Origin: Perna viridis
Lineage: Eukaryota
Assembly (NCBI GenBank): GCA_037379345.1
Contig: CM074511.1
Location: forward strand, 21,018,001-21,082,000
Length of the DNA: 64,000 nt
Direction of reading: 5' to 3'
Below, piece after piece: positions 27,294-41,199 of the stretch; positions within the stretch are counted from its first letter, which is position 1, and each line of letters begins with the position of its first letter. The notes beneath the pieces are model-generated. The model worked only from the letters and a program-made list of their open reading frames with translations, was not told the DNA's origin and made no database searches. The position numbers and the translations under genes were made by a program.

Positions 27294-29419
27294 GTATGTA
27301 CCTTTACATTTTTACATTTATATTTTTGTTATATCTGGTCTTCTACGATAATGTTATGTACATTTACATTTTTGTTATATCTTGGAAAGGCGTTTGCTTT
27401 ATTCTCTTCCAAAAATTATATTTATTTGAGTCATTTGTGTATTCTTTACAGCATGATTGAGAATTTAGTATCTACTATATAGGGATACTTTTTAAAAAGT
27501 AAGTAGTAACTGCTCGTTTGTTCAATGTTGGAGATATAAATACCACTATGCTAAAGATCTATCCTCAAATGATATATCAGCTCATTCGAAGAAAAAAATA
27601 TCAATATGGAGCGAGGACTGCAGTCTTGCTAGGATTATTATTACAAACGCAAAAATCCCAAATTCTTAAGTGTTAATATTTCGTAAATTTAGTCCTAACT
27701 GCAAAACATCTTTTGGAATATCTAGCAACATCCTCAGTACGATCGTGATCATAAATAAATCGTCGGTAGTTCATTAAGAACAAATATAAAATTGAATTAT
27801 CTGCAATAAGTCTGAAATCTATATTAGTTGCACCCATACTTTATTCAAATACATTTAATGCGTTTAAATATTATTTTTATGCATTTGCTTTATTAAAAAA
27901 TTAAGCGCGTTAAAATGTGAAATTAGATCATACAATTTAATTTTCAAATATGAAATATTTATTAATCCTGCGACAGTTTGAAAAAAACGATATGAAATTT
28001 ATTTTGACTGTCGCTGGCTAAGGCGAGGGAAGTCGGCTTTCATAGGTTGAAAACAGTGGCATGTCAGGCTTAGAAAAGGCTGTGGGTAGTGCATGACAAA
28101 TCTTCGCACATATTGTTTTCATAAAAATTTTATCTTCGTCATATCGCAAATGCATCCTTTTTGAAGTTGAATGTTGGTTTTTGATTAAATGCGACAGTTA
28201 AAGAAAAATGAATTAGAGAGAAAGGACTGACATTCATACAAAAAGGAAGAAAACTTCTTTCGTTTTATTCAAAATTTGGTTGCTTTCTTACAGAACTGTA
28301 AAATTGTTTTCTGAGCATCCATTTTCGATTTAAAAAAAAATCTTCGTACTATTGGACAAATATTACATTAGAACAAAATATTCGGTGGGATAAAATTTAC
28401 CATGTCCATCCATATCATAGGACTGCCTGAATTTCAAAATGGGAAGTCTCTTGATTTGTCTCCAGTTTGACAAAAAATGGATAAAGTAGAGTTCAAAAAA
28501 TGGTTGAAGAGAGAAGGGGATAACGTATAGTTTAAAAAATGGATGAAGAGAAAAGGGTTAACTTAAAGAGAAAATCTCACATTAAGTATATACATAGACC
28601 AAAGACAATGTAAAAAGAATGTTTAAGTATACTTGTATTGTATGAAGGAGTTATGATTAACAAACACAAATGGCATTCCAATGAGTCAAGTCTCTGCCCA
28701 TTTACTCATGACGATTTATTTTTCTATTCTAATATCGATGATCATCAACATGACCGCCCAGAAAGAAATGAAATGATTACGCTTTATGGAAACTGTTGAA
28801 ATTGTAATTAAAATAGTTTGCAGTACCCGTAAGTAGCTCACATATCGTTTGATTTACCCGACCAAACCACGAAGTCTCGAAGAATATTTTTTCTAAGGTG
28901 GTGACGTTGCCTCTTATTTTCAATGTTTTAATCATATCACATATATGTCATTTTATGTTTTTTTTTTGTTAATTTCAAATTAAGCTCTTTGATTTTATGC
29001 ATTTTTTTTTGTTTCCCTGTTTTTTGTATAATTATCAGTCTAATGACCTTTTAAATCAAACTGCTCATAACACCTGTGACCACTTGTAACGGTGTTTTGA
29101 AGATAAAACGATTTTAATCAATAGAAATTATTTATGAACGATATCAATAAGCTTTCAAGATGATCTTCTCAATTTTTTTGTTTGTTCTATCAGTATGATT
29201 GTTGTTTTAAGGAAGAAAGTTAAAATCTATCTGGATAAAATCAAATTCTATTTAAATGACATTGTTTAAAAAAGATGAGGATTTAACAAATGTGCTTTGA
29301 TTTAACCAATGTGTACAAGCTCATTTATATCAATTCGTCTGACAATAATATTACAAAAACAAATTCTGAAGCGTGAAGAAGAAGGCAAATCACAAACAAC
29401 TAAATCCTTGTAAATATCT

Positions 29420-30430
29420 ACTACGTAAAAACAGGAAACAAAGGTGATCTTCATGCACAAAACACATACAAATTCATTTATTTATAACAATTTACCTCTT
29501 GAAACTGTAACAGATTATACATATCTGGGTTTAACCATTAAATATAATGGAAATTTCAATTTAGCAATAGATATTTTGATTGACAAAGCTAGAAAAGCCT
29601 ATTTCAAAATTAAGAAAGTTATGGGATTAAACAACCCATGTAGACTTTTAGAGAAACTTTTTGACTCTTTGTTTTCTCCAATTATGCTTTACTGTAGTGA
29701 AATTTGGGGAAATGAATTACTTTTGAAGAATACATCAAATCACCTTGAAACAGTACATACTAAATTTACTACTTGGAGTCAACTGTAAATCTTACATTTA
29801 TGCTTGTCTTGCAGAGCTATGTAGATTTTCCCTGCAATGTAAAATCAATATTTCAATCATTGGATTTCTAAATCATATTTATTCCAATAATACTACTCTT
29901 TTATACCATTTTTATATTACAAAGGATTCAAATACTTGGACAACTAATAACAAAAGGTTACTAGATACCTTGGGCTTTGCCTATTTAATGAATAACCCAA
30001 GTGCACTAAAAATAAAGTTACCGATGATTAAACAAAGAATATCTGATCGATATTTACAAGAACAAAATTCATTTATCAGCAATTCTTCAAAATTATCTTT
30101 TTATAGAAAACTTTATAGGTCTGGAACTAGATCAAATTATATAGATGTTTTGTCTAAACTGGCCGAGATATCTATGATATCCAAAATAAAAATTAGCTCT
30201 CATCAGCTTATGATTGAGAGAGGAAGACACCACAATATTCCAAAAGACAATATAATATGCCCCGTATGCTATATTAACATTAAAGACGATGAACATATCT
30301 TATTTGAGTGTGATTTATACAACACACTAAGAGGTGAACTAACACTGAACTTCTTTATATAAAAACTTTGATACGTTTAATATTATAAAAAAAAACTAAG
30401 TATATTGTTTAACAGTAAAAATCCTAAATT
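29420..30430 (+). mobile_element. Decayed LINE ORF2 3' fragment
   Basis: YTYLGL...LFDSLFSPIMLYCSEIWG...SSHQLMIERGR...ICPVC...DEHILFEC, frameshifted near 29770. Confidence 0.85.
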
Positions 30431-30434
30431 ACTG

Positions 30435-30935
30435 TTTGTTTGTTTGTTAGGGTTTAACGTCCGAGCAGCTATATTTCAGCTATATTCAGACAATGAACAT
30501 GAAATGGATGATAAAATGAACATGAAATGAAAAAAAAAGGATAGGTCACAAGGATAGTAGAGTCGACAAATTTTGATTGCCACTGGAAAAAGGGGGGATG
30601 GGTAACGTCGGGCAATTTAGCCTCCTGTGGCGGAGCACAAAGGTTCCTACTCCTATCGAATACCACAGCTGGGTTCTTTAACGTGCGGGGAACGTGGCAT
30701 CTTTCCCAACACGGTGCACCACTATGATTTGCGGTCAGGTTTTCCGTATTATAGCCTGACAACCCCAGCATGTAACACGCCAGGGGTACCCCATTCCACC
30801 ACCTGGGGCACACATCCCAGTTGCTCTGTGGGCAGAACGCCTAGCCCCCGGCTAGGTTTCTGAGCACTATTTAGTCGCCTTATACGACAAGCTTAGCGCT
30901 GCTGCAGGCCTATTCTTTTAACACCCGGACCTGCA
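30435..30935 (-). mobile_element. SINE-like repeat (same family as 6330-7056)
   Basis: Reverse-complement homology over its whole length. Contains about one copy of the 53-bp unit and a (caaa)n tail. Confidence 0.75.
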
Positions 30936-30937
30936 AA

Positions 30938-31245
30938 CCATAATGGTGCACCATGTTGGGAAAGATGCCACGTTCCTCGCACGTTAAAGAAACCCTACTG
31001 TGGTATTCTCCCGGAGTAGGAACCATAGGGCTCCGCTACAGGAGGCTAAATTGCGCGACTCTACCCACCTTTCCCTATTTCCAGTGGCAATCAAAATTTG
31101 TCGAACCCATTGTCCTTGTGTCCCATCCCTTTTTCATTTCATCATCATTTCATGTTCATTTTATCATCAATTTCATGTTCATCGTCTGAATATAGCTGAA
31201 ATATTGCTGCTCGGACGTTAAACCCCAACAAAAAAACAAACAAAA
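30938..31245 (+). mobile_element. 5'-truncated SINE-like copy, inverted relative to its neighbour
   Basis: gatgccacgttcctcgcacgttaaaga...ctgctcggacgttaaacc followed by an (aaac)n tail. Confidence 0.75.
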
Positions 31246-32979
31246 CCACTTATTGTAACTGTGTTAGAGCTAAATAAAATATTTGTATTTGTATTTGCAC
31301 AATGTAGCGAACAGAATTAAAATACAGATACATAAAAACTGAAGACAATGAAAAATAGACATCACACAAAAAAACGAAACCACTTAAAATATGAATTCTC
31401 CCAAAAACGGAAGTAACATCAGGAATAGCATCCTGTGCTCCGGAATAGCAAGCGTACCCTGCATCGCAAGCGGCTCCCTCACATTGCAAACTAACCAAAT
31501 CTTGTAAACGTCAAGTTCGATGGTTTGCCTATCCGATAAGACGTAAAATCAAACTAAAGATATATTTATCTTGTCTCATCTGTGAGAAATAACCTTTAAA
31601 TCGGTCAACCAAATTTCAATGTCCACCATAAAACTAGTTTTGATATCTTATATAATATAATGATTGCTGTACAAAAGAAATTCACATGCTTTATAGTAAC
31701 AGAACAACTGTGAAATGTATACTCTATAGGTTGGGGATGTTGGTATATCGCCATCCTGACTGTAGACGGTAACAGTTGGAAAGTAAAATGTATCATATCT
31801 TTAGGTCCCCTGTTTTTTTATAGAACTTTGGTGAATATGATCCAGCACAGCCATGTAGAAGCGGTGTACAATTTTGTAAAAGCAAAAAATTAATATACTG
31901 TTACATTATCAGAAATAGTACCGATGTACGTTAGATCAGACCTATGATTGTTAATTATGGTCTCCTTAGGTAAAGGGCTACTGAATATATTGGGTTATTA
32001 CGTGTTCATGGTTTTTCAAGACCAATCCGAACTAAACATTCAATATCTTTTTTTTTTCGAACGATATTTTTAGGAGCTTTGTTTTCTTGTCCGACGCATT
32101 TGTCACGAAGGTCTAACAAAGTATTTTTACCTAAAGATCGTCAGAATAATATCTAATTTAAAATTTAAATATTTTTCATATATATATTTTCGTACATTAC
32201 TGGACAGGCGGTAATTTCTATATTCTCAGCTGCGCGTTGTAGCAGAAGAAGCAAAACTCGTACAAATCAAAATGAGCTTCTCTGGATTTATATCAATCAG
32301 ACATGTCAGTTGTGTTACTATATCTCATTACATAAAATCAGTCCGTTATGTTATAGACTTTTTTATTCTTCTCAACATTTATTACCTTTTAACTACACTT
32401 TATTTGAATTTAACAAATCTTTAAATTGAAACGTTACTCTCTTATTTTACAAATTTCTTGATATTGCAAATAAACACAGACAGTATTTGAATCCTTTAGA
32501 CCATTTATCTTTTGTATGAAAAGTTAAATATCTTCGATACTTTGCCAAGCGTCATGTGGATTTCCCCAAATACTCAAGTTTATTCAATTGCTTAAATCCG
32601 TGATCTATCTTAAATAGTAATTGGAGAAATAAATTATAAATACAAATCGCATTGAGTGTTTATATTTAAGTGAAAATAGCATTTTCCATAGCACTTGAAA
32701 AAATGTATGAACAGGATGGCAGCCTTAAAATATATAGTTGTCAATATATGTTGCATTAGGGCGAAGTATTGTGTTACTTGGAACGAAGTGATTACTTAAC
32801 GATAAATACTTATTTTATAGCTGAACGGTGTTTTGATAATGAGGCTACTTTAAGCCACTAATTAATATCATATAAGCTTTTTTAGGTCCATTTACAAATT
32901 ATCTTACCTCAGATAGGACATAGAATTGTTTCAAGCAACATAGGAATATAAATATACGTGTTGTCTTGATAAGAGAAAG

Positions 32980-33200
32980 AGTAATCTAGAGAACCAAGGT
33001 TATAGCGGTAATCAAAAAGAATGTAATCCAGGGACAAAGACCAGACATGGTCAATAGACATACATAACAAAGAACATAAAGTAACTAAAATTAAGTACAT
33101 ACAAAGTAACAAAAGCAAATGCGCAACTCGGACTCCAATTAAAACTGGGAGCATGGACCAGGTGCACCGGTAGAGTAAACGTCCTCTGCTTTTCTAGCAT
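32980..33200 (-). mobile_element. Solo 3' UTR segment of the Penelope-like family
   Basis: Matches 22810-23030 in reverse complement. Similar pieces at about 7710-7870, 38835-39045 and 55070-55322. Confidence 0.8.
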
Positions 33201-33565
33201 CCCTGAAAAAGACACCGAGTTGTTCATAAGACGGGTAAAAAGACTGTTGCTTTTACGAAAAGTGAAGGATTGTCGTCATTCGATTGTGACATGTTACGAT
33301 CTCAGATATATTAGATGAGTTAAAAAGTCCATATGAAATCGGGATTTCTTTATGACGTAAGAAAGCTCTTGTTATGTTCCAAAACTACATCTTAATTGAA
33401 AACCGTTATTGATGTTTGCTGCTCTGTTTAAGTGAAAAAAATGATGGGTCAGCGTGCTCGTTATAGAAATATTAGCATTTAAAATTTTGGTGGGAAAAAT
33501 GACTTCTCTTGATCTTCTATAGGTTTTGCCTTCGTCGGTTTTATCTATAAGAGGTAGCAAGAATT

Positions 33566-33613
<48 letters not shown>

Positions 33614-35029
33614 AATAACATTTAGATTTGTTATTAATGAAATTGTGAAAAGGAAAGTGTGAATCACAGGGCAAAACATATTAATGCTATGGAATGAATA
33701 AAAGCAAAAGAGCCCTAAAATCTTACAAAAAATTGAGCCATCGATATAAATCCGTCACAAAGTACAGTGACAGTTTTGTGGAATATTGGTAGGGCTATTT
33801 TAAAAAGAGCGCCTGGTTTATTGGAATATTGTTATCGCTATATTTTACCTAAGAAAAAAAATATATACAAGAAAATAGGATTTTAAAGTTTACATTATAC
33901 ATACATTTGTGGCTTATAGAGTTGTACCGGTAGTAATGTTTTTGAACTTAAATCTTTAGGTGCATAAACAGCTGTGTACTTAACCTTTTTTCTCAACAAT
34001 CTTAACAATCTCTGTACTTTAATGTAACAAAAATCACGCCCATGAAGCTAACTAAAACATACCTTGTAGCTACCTACACATAGAGCATCAGTAAAGTTTA
34101 ATTTAATTTAATTTAAAGTCCACTGTACACAAAGTATTAGAAGAGCAGGAAAGTCATTTGTTCGCCATGTTTAGAAAACTGATACGGTCAATTCATATCA
34201 ATACAATACAACATGTAAATATTTGGAAATTTACGTATGTAATTTCTGTAATATCAACATCTAAATAAAATATCAAACATGAAATTAGAGATAGAAGAGA
34301 TGATCTTCAATGGGCTTAGTTACCACTTTTATATCTGTAAACTTGTTCAATTATAGTATGTCCTCATCAAATATCAACATTACCCACAAAAAAAAGAAAT
34401 GTCTTCCTTTCAAATTAAGATATTTAACATTACCCTTTGGATGTCGGCAATGAATCTGACTGAACTAAATATTGACACACTCGCCATTCGTTAAAATGTT
34501 GTTTGACCTAAATCTGCAAGAAAACAGAATTGTGATAATGGTATTAAAAGGTGGTAGAGGTTACTTATGAGTAAAATGTTTTAATCGGCAATACATTCAG
34601 TTGGCGTTTTATATATATGGACACCAATAAAAACCACGATGTGATCAGTTCACGTTATAATACAGATATAGATACAGACAAAGTCTAGAAAAGAATTAAA
34701 AAAAAAAACAAAAAAAAAAACCTTTATCACATACCAAAAAGAAAAAAAAAGTATGAATAAAATGACTTTGTCTTAATGATAACAGTGTTTGACACGTATT
34801 GCGGAAAACTTCATTATTGTTGCTGATTACTACCGGATTATACTCACTTGTAATATGGCGGTTTCCACTGGCGGCGCATGCCATGAGCACCTGATGTTAC
34901 TCCCCGTTTTTTGTGGGAGTTCACATTGCTCCTATTTTATTTATTTGTGTGGCGTCTTTTCCTCTATCTTCAGTGTTTATGTGTATTTTTTTATTTGGTT
35001 CGCAGCATCGTGCATGTAGGTCGTCTCTG

Positions 35030-35325
35030 TTTCATGAGATCTGGGGCAACATCCTTCCAGCACCAGCGTATGGAGTTTTCATATCATAAATGAAACGTTA
35101 TGCCAGAGCAACTAAGTTGACTTTTTTGTACCGTACTAAACTTCTTACAATTAGGCTTCTGGAACATGGTTGTGTTGCAACGTCAAGAGTCATCACTACA
35201 GAACTATCATATTGGTTATTTAATTTTCTTTGTTGTGTGTGTCTGTTTTCCATGTGTGGTCTTTGTCCCTAGATTACATTAGTTTGGTTTCCACACTAGA
35301 ATCTTGCTTCCCTTGATTACTCTTA
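35030..35325 (+). mobile_element. Internally deleted Penelope-like 3' fragment
   Basis: GNILPAPAYGVFIS...RYARA remnant plus the family terminal sequence cccttgattactctt. Confidence 0.75.
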
Positions 35326-36242
35326 AACGTCTAGGCCAGAATGTGGGTTTTTGGCGTATTTGAACTATCCGACTGCTTACCCTTTTGTATATTTTGTCGA
35401 TATCTAAGCACATCGCAAATAGCTAGATATAAGAGGTTGATTAAAGCACCTTTGTCATGATATCTTAAATGCTTATAATAAAGCCATAATTTTGGGTTCT
35501 AGAAAAAGACGTCATTTTGAAATGAGTAGGAATTTTAAGTTCAGTCTGAAAAGCTCAAGAAATCCGAAAGCCCAAAAAAGACTACGATTTTATGAGCATA
35601 GCACATTGATTCGAAACTTCAAATAAATTGAAAATTGGTTGTCTGTAACTAAGTGAATATCAAATTTATTAGTTTATAGTTGCAAAATCAATTAAAATTT
35701 TAGAATTTTAATATTCTATAAGTTAAACTTGTCAAGGCTAGCTATTTATCGAAGCAACAGGATAGACAAACTCTAGAAAATCATACATCCTCTACGATAA
35801 AGCATTCTTTACATTTGTGAAAATAGCATAAAAAGGTGTACGATCCATTTATTAAGTGTTAAATGCAATATAGTTACCTTATTGAAATTATTCATACTAT
35901 TTATCTTATTAGCAAGTTATCAGTTAATGTCCTTTATTCTTTATCCTAAATTAAATTCTAATGATCAAATGAAAGGGTTATTGATCCTAAAACTTGTCAA
36001 CCAAAAAGAAAAATTTGCTTATGAATGATCGAAGATTAAGCACAGTTTGATTTGCTTAATACGATATTTCTGTGCAGTCAATACAGTGTTAAACATTTTG
36101 CTGTTTACAGGGACTGTATTTACAGAATGTCTACAGACTGTTGGAATTGATCATGATACATTAGACAAGCCTTTCTGTTATAGTGTAAACTACTTGTGAA
36201 TATCCAGTTCACGTGTTCTAAAATATTTCGAGATCCATAATC

Positions 36243-36435
36243 ATGAGTTGTACTGCTACTTCTATTTCGAACGGTTATATCTTGTCATCGACGCCGATAT
36301 ATCAAATCAACGAAACAGCCACATATTACTGTAATACATTTTATTACTTATCTGGTAATCCCGTTGCCACGTGTCTGGATCGCTATGGAAACTGGACATC
36401 TATCCCATCATGCAGTTTTGCTGCTACAAAAAATG
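36243..36435 (+). CDS. Locus E, Sushi exon V2
   Basis: atcATG context with an in-frame TAA at 36219. MSCTATSISNGY...YYCNTFYYLSGNPVATC...WTSIPSC. 193 nt, phase-1 donor aatg|gtcagt. Confidence 0.88.
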
Positions 36436-39400
36436 GTCAGTGATGTCTTTAACCAATTAAGATTTCGAATTATTATTCTAATTATTGTTCTTATTATTAT
36501 TTATGATATAGTAGTTTCACTAAAAGTTAACGCAGTTTACATTTTGATAACAAATTAAAAATTTAAGGAGTTAAGAAGAAATAAATGCTACCATATACTT
36601 TTAACAGTCATTTTAGGACACTATCAATTTTTGATATTGTGAAGAAATTTATACGAAGCAAGGTAAAGTAACGTCTTACAACTTACTACGGAAGAACCGT
36701 ATATACAAGGAAAAACTGATGAATTATAGGGAAGACAAAAATGTTGCAAATACGCTATTTCAGAGGAATTCAAACCTATGGTAAGATATTCTGCAATAGT
36801 TTTCTGTAATTGACTCGCGTAAGGTGTTTATGTATATTTTGCTTTCGCAAGCTCCTTAAACCCCAACAACCAATCAATCAAAGGAAAAGAGTTAAAATAA
36901 AAACGAAGGGTATCTCTGGTGAAAACTTTGACTATTATATACACAAAGTAATTTCATTTAATATTGATATAATTTTATACTGTCAATATGATTATTTTGT
37001 AGTACATAGATCTAAAAGTTGTTTTCGCTTTTGCAAAGATTTTTCACCTGCGCAACGTTTAGCACTAAACCACTCCTCTTTATGCAAATTAGTAAAGTAC
37101 AACGGAATTACTAATGCCTTTAATGTATTTCACACCCCGTATAGCAGAGCCTACAAGCTAGCGAAGTGATACACAGTAATCTAGGAAGCAGTTATATGTC
37201 TGCGGAGGAAATAGGGGTTAGGCCTTGTTGGGGTAATGTAACATTTGTAGTGACTTATTTGTGGAGTGAAAAGTACATCGTGCTGACCAATAGATATCAT
37301 CTAATGATATTTGGGGTTGTTTGAAGATTAAAATATATATGTATCCATAAACATTGTTCGTATTAAAATGCAAGCTCTGTTCAAAATAAGAAAAATATAT
37401 TTTATTCATATATCAGATTGACCAATGCAATGGAAAAAAAATCATGGAACGTTTGTAATACTCTAAATTGTCTGATACAAATATGAAACTATAAGATAGA
37501 GATAGACTGACGATTAAAAAAGTCCGAAATAATAAAACATTAAACACATATTTGTATTGTATAATAGTACAGTATGGCCCTTCATAGATGTTCATTGACT
37601 TTAAACAACACGTTATGTTTAGGTGCTTTAAAAGATGTCTGAAAATCATTGATTTGTTATTTTCCCGCACTATTTTGATGCAACGAAAGTAGTGTCCAGT
37701 GTCTGCACTGCAAGTTAATTGGATATTTTATCTATCATGACAATAACTGAGTGAATATTTCTTGTGCTCTCGTATTCAAAAATACAATTGTATGTATAAC
37801 TTCATCGGAAATTACAGGAAAATAACAAAAATTTTATAAATAACTTTTTAGTTATTTCCAATATCATATGATACACCATCAAAGTTAATAATGATATAAG
37901 CACGATTTGAGATACTTTAGAATAAAAACAAATGAGACTTTTTAAACTATATTGTATCATTGGATCCGTCCTCAACCTCGAAGACAATATCTCTTTGTTC
38001 AAGCTACGTCTTATTGTGTCCGAACAATTCTACATTGTGATGTTTTCTTAATGTATATCTGTATGACGCAATTAGAATGTTGTATTTTGTTTTGGTTTGT
38101 TTTGTTATATTTGGTATTAACTTTGTTTGTTTTTTTAACTTAAGAGAAACCGTTCAATTAAACTTCTTTCATAATTTTACTGAGATTTTGTTCATACTAT
38201 GTATATTGCTTTTAGAGGAAATTATTTATCGACAAATTGATTTCACATTCTCTAACATGACCTACCAAGTCGCCTATGATTTATTTGAAATTAAGCAACA
38301 TTTACTAAACCTAAAACATAATTTCTCTGGAGTCAATCAACATTAAATGTCTATTAACGCCCTGTGGCTATTACATGCATATCATGCTAAGTTTAAAGTC
38401 TATTCTGAGTACATAATCGAACCTTCACTACCACTATAACTAAAAAGTAATATCTTGAATTTTATTTCTAATGAGAATTGTGGTAAAGCTCTAAATTTTG
38501 CAAAAGATGCCTTTTGAAATACAAATAACACTTCATCGATAAAACAAAGTTTCCAGATAAATATAGAAGTTTAATCATGTCATAAAATGGTTACTATAGT
38601 TACATCTTTCCCCAAAAGGCACGGAGGAGTGCTAAATTAGAAATAAATATGTTTTCCAAAAGTTGTAAATTATAGTATGTAATGGCCTGTTTTTGTTCTC
38701 AATACAATATTCGACTGACAAACTTGGTAACCATTTTCTTTTTACGACTTTGCGATGTGAGCATAGCAATGCAAATAGTTACAAACAAATATATAATGGT
38801 CATGAAGTGTAAAAATTAAACTTTTTTCTAATCAAAGAGTAATCAAGATAACTAAGATTTTAGCGAAAATTAAAAGAATGTAGTCCAGGCAGAAAGACAA
38901 GACACACAACAAAGAAAGAAAAACTAAAATAACTCATACAAAGCAACAAAAGTACATGTACAAGTCGGACTCAACTAAAAACTGGGAGCATGGTGTACCG
39001 GTAGGGTAAGCGTCCTCTGATTATCTAGAAACACTCGCGAGTTGTAAAATTGTACCGTTTGCATAAAATAATCGCTAAAATAAAATTCATGCACTTTGGT
39101 GACAGTGGCAATGTGTAAATTGAGTTATAATTAAAAGATTGTATAACTCTATGTTACATAGTACATCAAATCAAGATATTAACAATAATGCCTATACTCA
39201 AAATCCAAATGTAAAATAAAGAAATGGGAACTTACGAAATAAAAAAGGAACATATAGAAGCCAAAGGAAAACAATAAGTAATAACAATAAGTTGTCAGAC
39301 AAAAAACGCAGACTTTGAGCAAATGAATACTAGAGAAAATTGAATAAAAGACGCTGGAAACTTTGAGGAATAAAATTCATAATAATTTAATTAAAATTCA

Positions 39401-40249
39401 ACATACAACAACACAAAATAAAGTTCATCAAAATATATTTCTTTGTAGACGTTTTATTTTTCGAATATTTAATTAATTAAAGTCTACAAACAGGCGGCGT
39501 CCATGTGCTGTGTTAGATATTTTTTACCTTTTTAATGAAATGTCAGGAAAAGTTTCAATTTGATATAAATGGATTTTTTTAAATGTGATTTTACAATGGA
39601 TTGCCAAACCCTTGCACTTTTAAGTCTAGTACAAATATACAATTTCCTTGATTTCCTTGATGGGAAGAAATTGAAAGTAACAAAACAAAATAATCTTATC
39701 GGTAAGGTTATCTTTTTTATGTACACTTTTGATAGCATGACAAGCCACAATATTTAGAAATGTAATATTTCGTTTTGAACCTGTCTCTTTATTCATACGT
39801 TCATTAATGTCAAACCAAAATTGCTTCCTTCCCACGTTTACCGGTATGAAAAAATATCTACTGGACGTTTAAAAATCTCATCAAAAGTTATAAAAGGAAT
39901 AAAGAAAACCCTGATGACGTAAAATATTCTTGTTCAACCTTCAACCAAACAAAAAATAAACTTTACGATCATATTTGTATAATAATTGATTCTACACTAT
40001 GGTAATATGTTATAACTTATGTAACTATTTCGTTTACAAGAATATTGTTTTATGTACATCAGTTCTCGAGTGATCGTCTGGACATTCTCTCACGTCTCAT
40101 TCATACTGCATAAAATATGCAACGCAGGACATATCAATTTTCTTTTAATATTGGTAGAAAATAGTGGTTGAATAAATTAATGTGTCTAACCAAACAAATA
40201 TGTAGTTATTATTTTTCTTAAAAATCCAATCACTATACAAAAGGAACAG

Positions 40250-41126
40250 TTTTTAGCTCACCTGGCCGTAGGCCAGGTGATCTATTACCATCACTTGGCG
40301 TCCGTCGTCGTTAACAATTTTTCAAAACTCTTTTCCTCTGAAAGTACTTGACCTATTGGAATCAAACTTGGAATGAATGTTCTTTGGGGTATCCTGCATA
40401 GAACTGATCCGCCGAAAAAAATGGCCGCCGTTACTAAAAATAGAACATAGGAGTCAGACAATAGTTTTTCGCATATATCTCCCATTCTATCCCAGTTTAT
40501 CACATTCTGAAAGAGGTAAAAGTGTTCAGCATAATAAAATCTATCTGCGGTCAAATTATCATTTTAATCTATTAATCCATGTTGGAGTTATTGCCCTTTT
40601 TCAAAGTGTTTTGCTATTTTTAATGTTATTTCTTTCAAAAAATCTCCTTTGACACTATTTTGCCAATTAAAACAAAACTCGGTATAAGTGTTCCTTGGGG
40701 TATCCTGCATAGAACTGAAATGGGATTTTCTGATCCGTCGAAAAACGTGGCCACTTTACTAAAAATAGAACATAGGGGTCAGACAGTATTTTTTCGCATA
40801 CATCTCCAAAACCGTTAGGTTTAGCCAAATTCTTTCAATAGCTGAAATGAACCTTATTATTAGGAAGTCTTCAAAAGTCTTCAGGCATAAAATTTGTCAG
40901 ACACTTTCTTATAAGAGTTATTGCCCTGGACAGGGGAAACTGACCGGTGTTTTTTTTTTTTACATTTTTCAGCCGATGTTTTGAAAACTATTATAGATTC
41001 AGACTTTCATTTACTGAAATGATCCTTATGATAAGTCCTGTTGGACAACTTATTGTCTAATTTATTGCCCTTGAAAGGAAAAATTCAACCAGGTGAGCGA
41101 TTCAGGTTCCTTGGAGCCTATTGTTT
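40250..41126 (+). mobile_element. Non-autonomous Helentron (HINE) with internal tandem repeats
   Basis: tttttagctcacctggcc-gta-ggccaggtga 5' palindrome, then (gtc)n. Internal repeat 40368-40480 matches 40678-40806. 3' subTIR ccaggtgagc, hairpin aggttcc-tt-ggagcct, then ttgttt. Confidence 0.8.
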
Positions 41127-41199
41127 ATTCTATCTTTAACCTGTTTTAATAAGAAGGACTAGTGACACATTATTTAGACACTGAAATAAGCTTAATATA

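Noticed and set aside
27294-27460. Read-through of V1 into a hydrophobic extension (ORF 27101-27460)
   Set aside because: It follows a canonical donor conserved in all paralogs and derives from a T-rich intronic duplication. An intron-retained, membrane-anchored V1 form cannot be fully excluded but is unsupported.
33372-33674. Poly-Phe ORF
   Set aside because: It is caused by an A-run of about 40 nt.
36440-36558. Hydrophobic stretch after V2 as a private TM segment
   Set aside because: It is in a different frame from the Sushi domain, which stops at 36443. It is (att)-rich low-complexity sequence with no phase-1 acceptor.
38077-38346. Hydrophobic ORF as a missing TM exon
   Set aside because: T-rich low-complexity sequence without the phase-1 acceptor / phase-2 donor pattern of the family's TM exons.
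39385-39421. …NNTK-stop resembling the family terminus
   Set aside because: No WxP or Arg of the motif, and the upstream frame is closed.
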